Virus record (IMG/VR): IMGVR_UViG_3300030616_000250 | Coordinates: 1 to 64,000 of that record | Length of the DNA: 64,000 nt | Source of the DNA: a virus | Strand: one strand, 5' to 3' | Shown: positions 28,487-35,667 of the stretch, in pieces | Numbering within the stretch: the first letter of the stretch is position 1 | How the letters are laid out: each line of letters begins with the position of its first letter | The notes under the pieces: generated by a model | What the model was told of the DNA's origin: nothing | Seen by the model: only the letters and a program-made list of their open reading frames with translations | The model's database searches: none | Position numbers and translations under genes: made by a program

Positions 28487-29561
28487 CGCTCATTACAGAG
28501 ACGAAATAGACGAAGCCGTTAAAAGAATAATTGACGACTCAAGCTTCATACTCGGTAAACCGGTAGAGGAGTTTGAAAAAAACTTTGCAAAGTATATTGG
28601 GACGAAACACGCAATAGGTGTTAGCTCGTGTACTATGGCATTATATCTTTCTCTCAAAGCTCTGGGTATTAAAGAGGGTGACGAGGTTATAGTTCCTAAT
28701 TTTACCATTGCCGCCGATATAGAGCCGGTGCTGATGTGCGGTGCCACCCCGGTTCTCTGTGGGGTCAAAGAGGACGGTTGTATAGATGAATATGAAATGA
28801 GGAATCGGATAACAAAGAGAACAGGTGCTATTATAGTTGTTCATTTATACGGTAACGCCTGTCCTGTTCCTGACATGGAGAAAATGACAGAAATCCCTAT
28901 TATTGAAGATTGCGCCCAGTCTACAGGGACTACATTTGAAGGACAGATGACGGGTTCATTTACAGACTTAGGTTGCTTTAGTTTCTTTCCTTCAAAAAAT
29001 CTCGGTGCCTATGGAGATGGCGGAATGGTTACAACCGATGATGATGAACTTGCAGGCACAATAAGAATGCTTCGTAATCACGGGCGGGCACCCGGAGAGC
29101 GATATCATCACAGCATGATAGGGGTAAACTCCAGACTTAACGCTATGCAGGCAGCCATACTTAACGTAAAGCTGAAACATCTTAATAATGCCATAAAGAA
29201 AAAAAGGAAGATAGCAAAACTATACAACAAGTATTTGAATGACATACCACAGGTTATAACACCTACTGAAATTCCAGTGGTTAATCACAGCTATTATATG
29301 TACTCTGTCAGAGCCACAGAGCGGCGTGACGAGCTGCTTAAATTCCTTGTAGATAACGGTATTAAGGCAAGTGTACACTATCCATTGCGACTGTCAGATC
29401 ATCCCATATATGCAAAATATTACAGCCCATTAGAAGATGAACCGACTATTGGGTATATACTCAGCAAAACAGTTTTAAGTTTGCCAATGTTCCCCGCACT
29501 TGAAGAAGAAGCGGTTAAATATATTTGTCAGAAAGTGAGAGAGTTTTATGAAAAAAATTAA
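28452..29561 (+). CDS. DegT/DnrJ/EryC1/StrS PLP aminotransferase (WbpE/WlbC-like)
   Basis: FILG..VEEFE, VHLYG, EDCAQS, SFFPSKNLGAYGDGG, NSRL, LSLPMFP. Confidence 0.95.
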   Translation: MEIPLCDIRASDAHYRDEIDEAVKRIIDDSSFILGKPVEEFEKNFAKYIGTKHAIGVSSCTMALYLSLKALGIKEGDEVIVPNFTIAADIEPVLMCGATPVLCGVKEDGCIDEYEMRNRITKRTGAIIVVHLYGNACPVPDMEKMTEIPIIEDCAQSTGTTFEGQMTGSFTDLGCFSFFPSKNLGAYGDGGMVTTDDDELAGTIRMLRNHGRAPGERYHHSMIGVNSRLNAMQAAILNVKLKHLNNAIKKKRKIAKLYNKYLNDIPQVITPTEIPVVNHSYYMYSVRATERRDELLKFLVDNGIKASVHYPLRLSDHPIYAKYYSPLEDEPTIGYILSKTVLSLPMFPALEEEAVKYICQKVREFYEKN

Positions 29562-29641
29562 CGTACGGCCAAGGTTTGTTGCAATTGCCTATAATCTCAC
29601 ACAAAAGTTACTGCAATTGTTTCAAACTTGGTCAGTTGTGT
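29556..29641 (-). other. attC-like site of cassette 2 (86 bp)
   Basis: Plus strand AATTAAC-GTACGGCCAAG(G)TTTG..GCAATTGC...GCAATTGT..CAAACTTGGTCA-GTTGTGT. Confidence 0.75.
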
Positions 29642-29947
29642 CTTGCCAAAATTTGCGTCATACATTCAAAAATAAGTCCAAATACACAATAAAACATCCA
29701 CCCTCTCCAACAACCTTAAAATTGCTTATTAAAGAATTAGGGCACTGGAAAAGAGCTAATGATAAAAAATATAAATATAAAACTGGTGTATTTAATCCCC
29801 ATGTAAAAATATGCTGTAGATGTAAAAACTGTAATGAAACTATAAATTATGAAATACATACTGTAATGCCGGAACCTGGTTATTTTAAAATAATACCCAA
29901 AGAAGAATATGCTTATATTAAAGAAAAATATAGAAAAAGTGAAATAA

Positions 29948-30187
29948 CTATTTTTTGTAAAAACGAATGTCTTTAACAGGATCACCGTCAGCGTTGCTAA
30001 CGCCATCAATGGCCTCAACATAAAAAGGGTTGCCATCATGAGAAAGGCGCTGTTTAAGTTCATTAAAATAAGGGTGTTTTAAACTATGTCTATCATAAAA
30101 ATCATTAGCATCCCATTTAAACGACTTTACATCATTAAAAAGATTAAGGATTTTTTCTTTGATAATTTCATACTTTTCATCAGTCAT
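29948..30187 (-). CDS. Hypothetical protein (cassette 2 cargo)
   Basis: RBS AAGGAG on minus strand; 79 aa. Confidence 0.65.
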   Translation of the reverse strand: MTDEKYEIIKEKILNLFNDVKSFKWDANDFYDRHSLKHPYFNELKQRLSHDGNPFYVEAIDGVSNADGDPVKDIRFYKK

Positions 30188-30219
30188 ACATACTCCTTTA
30201 TATGGGGTAAGAGATAATG

Positions 30220-30726
30220 TTAATAATTTTTTGTATGATGTTCAATAAGCTTTTTTTTAAAATCATTATAACACAAAGGTTCACCAAGTTCATTTTCCAT
30301 AAATACTTCAAGCCCACATTCAGGACACTTAACAAAGGCAGCGTTATGGTCAGGCCCCCATTTGGTTTTTCTGCTTGGCTGAAAAGGAACAAGATGCTTT
30401 GGACAATAAATTTGCCAACTTTCATCATACCAATATTGGTTATATTTAAACAATTTAGGTTTTTCTTTGATTTTATTAATTTCGATTTTAAGTCGTTTAG
30501 TATAGGAGTAAAACATATATGTTAGGATTAATCCCAGAGATAGCATTGTGGCTATGGTGTACAGGGACCACGGGTGGCACAATTTGCTCCCTAATATGGT
30601 CGGACGAATTTTGTCTATGGCGAAAGCTATTGTATTCAATCCTAGAGGGGATAGAAGATTCAACCATCCTTTCACTTTTTCTTTGGCTGTTTCTTCTACC
30701 GACGATATTATTAAATCCTTCAGCAT
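30220..30726 (-). CDS. Membrane-anchored Zn-ribbon hypothetical protein (cassette 2 cargo)
   Basis: Hydrophobic segment SLYTIATMLSLGLILTYMFY; CPKH...CPEC. Confidence 0.65.
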   Translation of the reverse strand: MLKDLIISSVEETAKEKVKGWLNLLSPLGLNTIAFAIDKIRPTILGSKLCHPWSLYTIATMLSLGLILTYMFYSYTKRLKIEINKIKEKPKLFKYNQYWYDESWQIYCPKHLVPFQPSRKTKWGPDHNAAFVKCPECGLEVFMENELGEPLCYNDFKKKLIEHHTKNY

Positions 30727-30804
30727 GGGGTATGCCCTTTCATAAAAATCTTTTTAGTGTATGGATAGATAAAATTGATATTTCTCTTAGCAAATTTTGG
30801 TTTG

Positions 30805-30856
30805 ATACAACGAAACAAACGGTGGAAGTTTTAATTTCCATCTTTGGAGGTTAATT
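30805..30856. repeat. 52-bp attC-like target site B (occupied)
   Basis: ATACAAC GAAAC AAACGGTG GAAGTTTTAATTTC CATCTTT GGAG GTTAATT. Confidence 0.8.
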
Positions 30857-30857
30857 T

Positions 30858-31814
30858 ATGCCCGATAAAGTTCTCCTGGTAGCCGATGTCCCAAACTGGG
30901 CATGGATGTACAAGGCTAAAGCTATACAGAAATACCTGAATGACCACTTCAAGAAAATAAGCGTTATCCATCTAAAGAAATTCCATAAGGGCTTAATGGG
31001 AAAATACCATACTGTGTTATTTTTCGGATGGATGGACAGGCGCAAAATAGCAGGGAAATACAAGGGGCTTATAGCGGGGGTATCTTCACATAACTTTGAG
31101 TATCTGCACCCTGAGAAAGCGAGAAAGTATCTTCCGAAATACAGTGCCATTACAGCTAATTCAATACTCATTTATGAAAAGCTAAAGGAATGGAATCTCA
31201 ACAAAAACATCTACTACACACCAAACGGAGTAGACGAGACAATATTCTATCCTAATCCGATTAAGCATGATAAGTTCCGTATAGGATGGATGGGACAGCC
31301 TTCAGGAAAGGGATTTAACCGGACAGACGGTATTGATATGCACGGCTACCACAATGTTTTGCTTCCCCTTGTAGAATCTCTTAAAGATGAAAAAGACATA
31401 GAATTTGACATACTTGCAAGGACACACAAGAATGCGAGAGCTTTTGATAAAATGCCTGAATACTATAATAATCTTGATTTATTTATTAGTACAGGCTTCG
31501 GAATTGGGACACCTAATCCGTTATTTGAAGCGCAAGCTTGCGGAGTAGCCGCAATAAGTACAGCCATAGGCGCAGCCCCAGAATTGATAGAAAATTCATT
31601 GAGCGGATTTTTAGTACCAAGATATTATAACAAGAAAGAAGCACAAGATAGAGCGGAAGAAATAAGAGAATGGATATTGTTTTTTAAGAAAGATAGAATA
31701 TATGCCAATGATTTTGGTAAACGTGCAAGGCATAATATAGAAAAACACTGGACATGGCGTGAATGCTCTAAAGCATACCTGCCTGTACTGACTAACCATA
31801 GGAAGAAAATATGA
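30858..31814 (+). CDS. GT-B glycosyltransferase (GT4)
   Basis: PNGVDETIF, IGWMG, LDLFIST, NPLFEAQACG, GAAPELI. Confidence 0.9.
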   Translation: MPDKVLLVADVPNWAWMYKAKAIQKYLNDHFKKISVIHLKKFHKGLMGKYHTVLFFGWMDRRKIAGKYKGLIAGVSSHNFEYLHPEKARKYLPKYSAITANSILIYEKLKEWNLNKNIYYTPNGVDETIFYPNPIKHDKFRIGWMGQPSGKGFNRTDGIDMHGYHNVLLPLVESLKDEKDIEFDILARTHKNARAFDKMPEYYNNLDLFISTGFGIGTPNPLFEAQACGVAAISTAIGAAPELIENSLSGFLVPRYYNKKEAQDRAEEIREWILFFKKDRIYANDFGKRARHNIEKHWTWRECSKAYLPVLTNHRKKI

Positions 31815-32746
31815 AAATAGCATTCGTATCTGACGTAAAAGGCTGGGCGTATGACGTTACATACAAGGGAATAAGGAAATATCTCGATGCAGACCTGTAT
31901 TATACCTCAGACGAACCCAGGATAAACTCTGACATAATCAACAGCTATGACAGGGTACATTTCTTTAACTGGCTCGGTGGACAGGAACATGCGGGAAAAC
32001 CCAACGTATCCGCTGGAGTTACACAACACAATTATGAAATTAAATGGGCTGATATATCCAAAAAGTACCTTACCCGCTATAAGAAAATAGTAGCGATATC
32101 GCAAATTCTCTATGACAAGCTGAAAGAGTGGAACCCAAATACATATCTTATTCCCAATGCAGTAGACGAGGAATTGTTCGCACCGACAGTAAATGACGGA
32201 GAGTTTACAGTCGGATTTGTAGGACAGGCAACCACCGGGGGGTTTGGTGAGGTCAAGGGTGGCGAGGGTCGTATGAAGTGGGATATCAAGGGCTTTGAGC
32301 TTATACTTAAACCATTACTTGAACGTATGAAAAGCGTAAATTTCAAGATTCACTCCTGTGATTATACAACTGCTACGCCTTATGAGAAAATGCCTGATGT
32401 ATACAAGGACATGGATGTTTTGATATGCACTTCTATTTTTGAAGGCGCTCCGTTTCCCGTATTAGAAGCTGCGTCCTGCGGTAAAGCGGTTATTGCCACA
32501 AGAGTGGGCATAACGCCGGAATTGATTAAACACAGCTATAACGGGTTTCTGGTAGACACTCCAAGAAATAGGGGTGAAATTCCAAAAGCCATAGATGACT
32601 TTGAGCGATACATAGATACTCTAAGCAGAAGCCGTGAAATGTGCAGGAAAATGGGAGAGCGTAACCGGGAAGAAATATTGAAGAAATGGACGTGGAAGCA
32701 AATTACACCTAAATGGGAGGAGTTTTTTGATGGGAATCGGAAGTGA
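31811..32746 (+). CDS. GT-B glycosyltransferase (GT4), paralog of the previous gene
   Basis: PNAVDEELF, DVLICTSIFEGAPFPVLEAASCG. Confidence 0.92.
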   Translation: MKIAFVSDVKGWAYDVTYKGIRKYLDADLYYTSDEPRINSDIINSYDRVHFFNWLGGQEHAGKPNVSAGVTQHNYEIKWADISKKYLTRYKKIVAISQILYDKLKEWNPNTYLIPNAVDEELFAPTVNDGEFTVGFVGQATTGGFGEVKGGEGRMKWDIKGFELILKPLLERMKSVNFKIHSCDYTTATPYEKMPDVYKDMDVLICTSIFEGAPFPVLEAASCGKAVIATRVGITPELIKHSYNGFLVDTPRNRGEIPKAIDDFERYIDTLSRSREMCRKMGERNREEILKKWTWKQITPKWEEFFDGNRK

Positions 32747-33578
32747 ATTAAGAGATATTAAGTGTGGGGTGTGTGGGGCTACCTATCATAATACTACTTA
32801 TGACCCCAAAAAGGATATTGTTAAAGTAAAATGCACCGATTGTGGTAATGAATGGGATGAAAAACCATTAAACAAGAGAAAGAAAACGGCAATTGAAAGG
32901 GAGGTTGTTGATTTAAGCTACAGAATAGATTACAAAGAAGTGCAACTTCACCAGACTGAAAAGCTGTTATATGGCGTGGTTAAGCAATTACTTACCAGAA
33001 TTGAAGATTTGCTGGATGACGAATAATGCACGAATATAATGATAATGGCTGTATTTATTTAGGCAATTGGCTTTATATTGGGCTTATAAAGCTATGGTGT
33101 TATTGGCGGGACGCTCTTAAAAAAGCCTATTGGCGTAAACGTGGCATTCCTCAATATGGTTGTGGTTATTATTCTGGCGAAGGAATACAAATACCACAAT
33201 ATGACACATTAGAAGAGGAAAGATTTGTTGAATTCGATAATATCGTTATTCTGCCAAGTAAAGTGTATTTCAATGCTAGAGGGATACAAATACCTATAAA
33301 GGAAAGTGATGGCAACGATTAAAAGACGCTGTAAAAACTGCCGTTTCTGGATAAACCGGGCGTGTCACAATCCTCACATAAGGATAGGTCATGCTTTGGC
33401 GAAAAGGTGTAAGGGCTGCAAAAAGGATATCTGGTTAAACAATGAAGGCTGTGATGTCGGTTCAAACGTGGTGGAAATGGAAGAAATAATAAAAAAGGTG
33501 CTTGCTTCAACTTTTCTCCAAACAGGTAAAAACTTTTGCTGCAAGCATTGGAAAAGCAAATATGAGGGTGTCGTATGA
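32727..33578 (+). CDS. Three small hypothetical ORFs (32727-33026, 33026-33322, 33306-33578), two with CxxC motifs
   Basis: Overlapping start/stop coupling. Confidence 0.5.
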
Positions 33579-34795
33579 ATGAAAAATTTGAACGATTCGT
33601 AAACACGTTGATAGTTAATTTTGACAATTTTTACAAGTCAAAAACAGGTGCCTGGTTCCTTGATGGATCGACTTTGATTGAATTTGTCTGCAATAGACGG
33701 CTTAAAGAACCCATAAATATCGGTATGGTAAATTGCAGCAAGGAGACATTTAAGGAAAGAATGTACCATTGGGAGGTTAAGGAAACCGGGGAAGATACGC
33801 TTAAAGCCGTACTTTTGGGCTACACGGTTAACGTAAAGTTCTATAAGAACCTAAATACTATCATAGCCCCTAAAGACAGGATAGAGGAAAACCTGAAGAA
33901 ACGCGATACTGCCATGAACCAATACGGGGTGTGGAGGTACAATTTAGACCAATCTCATTGGTATCACTTCCCGGTTCCCTATAAAGTCGGTGGTTTTCTG
34001 GACGACACATACCCATTATGGTTTATGAACATAAAGCATGAGGATATCAGCGGTATCTCCAATGACATCTTTTTTGACGATAAAAGGTCTGAAAACGCCG
34101 TTGAGTTAATGAAATTGATACGTGAATGCGCTGAAGCTGCGGGATTCGGTAATTATGTTTTTCCTGCATTCGGGACTCTTTTGGGAATTATAAGAGAGGG
34201 AGGGTTTATAGGTTCCGATAGAGACCTGGATCACGGGATAGCAGGATGGAAGATTACCGCACAGCAGGAAGAAAACTTCATACGTGAAGTAATGAAAGAG
34301 CGTATTGTTATTGAAAAAGCTCCCGATGGCAGGGAAGTTCCTGTAAAATACCCTCAAGGACTTGCAACCGGAAGATTCAAACACCCCCAGAAACGTAGCG
34401 ATAACGGGCGTTTTTTGTGGACATCCATAGGTCATAAGAAAATAAAGAGTCAGCAGGGGACGAAATCATGCGTGTGGAAATTCTTTAAGCATAAAGACTT
34501 TGCATGGCACTCAAAGGGAAGAAAGTGGTTAGCGGACAGAAAGTTTCCGGGAGTATTAAGTAGCCATTCCGGTAACGCTCAGGCTATTGCTAAAGGTATG
34601 CCTTTGGATATTATAGACGAATTTGTAAAAATGGAGTTTCGTGGGGTAAAAATAAACGTACCCCAAAAAGCAGGGCACTGTCTCGATATGTGGTATCCGT
34701 ATGGATGGCCGAGACCGAGAAAAGACAAAAGCTCTAAAGAATATACGATGATAATAACAAGATGGGAGGACGAGAAAAAATGGAAGATGGTGTAA
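33575..34795 (+). CDS. LicD-family nucleotidyltransferase-fold protein with apparent degenerate N-terminal duplicate
   Basis: FGTLLGIIREGGFIGSDRDLD; F.GVKINVP....LDMWY; N-terminal WFLDGSTLIEFV...FPVP..VGGFLDDTYP. Confidence 0.8.
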   Translation: MNEKFERFVNTLIVNFDNFYKSKTGAWFLDGSTLIEFVCNRRLKEPINIGMVNCSKETFKERMYHWEVKETGEDTLKAVLLGYTVNVKFYKNLNTIIAPKDRIEENLKKRDTAMNQYGVWRYNLDQSHWYHFPVPYKVGGFLDDTYPLWFMNIKHEDISGISNDIFFDDKRSENAVELMKLIRECAEAAGFGNYVFPAFGTLLGIIREGGFIGSDRDLDHGIAGWKITAQQEENFIREVMKERIVIEKAPDGREVPVKYPQGLATGRFKHPQKRSDNGRFLWTSIGHKKIKSQQGTKSCVWKFFKHKDFAWHSKGRKWLADRKFPGVLSSHSGNAQAIAKGMPLDIIDEFVKMEFRGVKINVPQKAGHCLDMWYPYGWPRPRKDKSSKEYTMIITRWEDEKKWKMV

Positions 34796-34796
34796 A

Positions 34797-34848
34797 ATTT
34801 AACTATAGAAACGGCTGTAGTTTTAATTACAGCCTTTGGAGGTTAAAA
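34797..34848. repeat. 52-bp attC-like target site C (empty)
   Basis: ATTTAAC TATAG AAACGGCT GTAGTTTTAATTAC AGCCTTT GGAG GTTAAAA; stem covaries with A and B. Confidence 0.78.
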
Positions 34849-35078
34849 TGGAAAAGGACTCAATAATGCAGGTAATAGAATCCCTTGCAAAAAAGAAAAA
34901 ACGTATCCTTACCCGTGAAGAATTTAAAATGCTTAAACGAGGTAGAAAAGAATTCCTTGAACGGGTAGACCAGACCGAGGGAAAAGCAATAAGGTTCACA
35001 AAATGGTATGACGACTGGAAGGAAAAGATATCAATGCCACTGGCTGCGAGCCATTCCTTAAGCGAAGTTTTTAAATAA
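34848..35078 (+). CDS. Hypothetical protein
   Basis: RBS GGAGG supplied by site C. Confidence 0.55.
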   Translation: MEKDSIMQVIESLAKKKKRILTREEFKMLKRGRKEFLERVDQTEGKAIRFTKWYDDWKEKISMPLAASHSLSEVFK

Positions 35079-35090
35079 AATAAATAATTA

Positions 35091-35119
35091 TTGACATTAT
35101 TCTGCATATTTTGTATTAT
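35091..35119 (+). promoter_or_regulatory. Sigma70-type promoter upstream of the virion operon
   Basis: TTGACA 35091-35096, 17-bp spacer, TATTAT 35114-35119; AT-rich upstream. Confidence 0.75.
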
Positions 35120-35141
35120 ATTATAAGATAGATACTATATA

Positions 35142-35312
35142 ATGGATAAACGCTTAAACCCTAGACGCATTTATAAAAAACCCAAAGACAAAACACAAGA
35201 GGGTATTGAATTAATAGAACACCGAAAGCGCACCAAGCGTAAGGGTCAGGTGATTTTTCACATAGACAGGGACGGCAATGTTCCTACAGTGGAAAATCGC
35301 GAGTTCTTTTAA
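35142..35312 (+). CDS. 56-aa basic protein (not in ORF track), weakly DUF2292-like
   Basis: Manual translation MDKRLNPRR...KGQVIFHIDRDGNVPTVENREFF. Confidence 0.55.
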   Translation: MDKRLNPRRIYKKPKDKTQEGIELIEHRKRTKRKGQVIFHIDRDGNVPTVENREFF

Positions 35313-35340
35313 AGCATAGCTAAATAGCCATAAAGTTAGG

Positions 35341-35385
35341 GCGTTAGCTTGTACGCAATTCAGCGTACTCGTTAACGCTTTTTTT
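35341..35385 (+). terminator. Long hairpin with T7 tract (attenuator/terminator)
   Basis: GCGTTAGC-TT-GTACGC AATTCA GCGTAC-TC-GTTAACGC TTTTTTT. Confidence 0.7.
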
Positions 35386-35391
35386 ATTTAT

Positions 35392-35667
35392 ATGCCGGAA
35401 GTCGTAAGGTGCAGAAACAGACACGTTCATTTCCGCTCCGAGGGAGTGGGGAACATTCTATTTGTCATAGGGGAAAACGCTATCTATGCAAAGTGTACCG
35501 ACAGAGGATGTAAACGCTGGACTCAGGTTAAAATCTCTTTACCGGGCGTAAACGTAGATTTTTCCAATGCAGGTATAACCCAAAAACTCATGCCTAAAAA
35601 TTTTAAATTCGACACTGACGGAAAAGACATCAAACGCGCCCCCGTTATTATAGAGGAGAAAGCATGA
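35392..35667 (+). CDS. Com-like zinc-finger protein
   Basis: VRCRNRH...ILF...IYAKCTDRGCK; directly upstream of portal. Confidence 0.45.
   Translation: MPEVVRCRNRHVHFRSEGVGNILFVIGENAIYAKCTDRGCKRWTQVKISLPGVNVDFSNAGITQKLMPKNFKFDTDGKDIKRAPVIIEEKA

Larger units (their letters stand above)
29562..30810 (-). mobile_element. Reverse-oriented integron-type cassette 2 inserted in 52-bp site B
   Basis: 18/22-nt inverted match between 29635-29656 and 30790-30811; deletion restores AATTAAC/GTTAATT; visibly AT-rich, minus-strand ORFs. Confidence 0.8.

Noticed and set aside
30217-30854. Plus-strand ORFs 30217-30525, 30519-30854 and 30548-30745
   Set aside because: Antisense shadows of the 168-aa cassette gene, with no recognisable motifs.
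10882-34795. Host O-antigen/capsule locus adjoining a prophage
   Set aside because: Flanked by terL and portal, interleaved with phage-type small ORFs, and lacking wzx/wzy/wzm/wzt or an initiating transferase.
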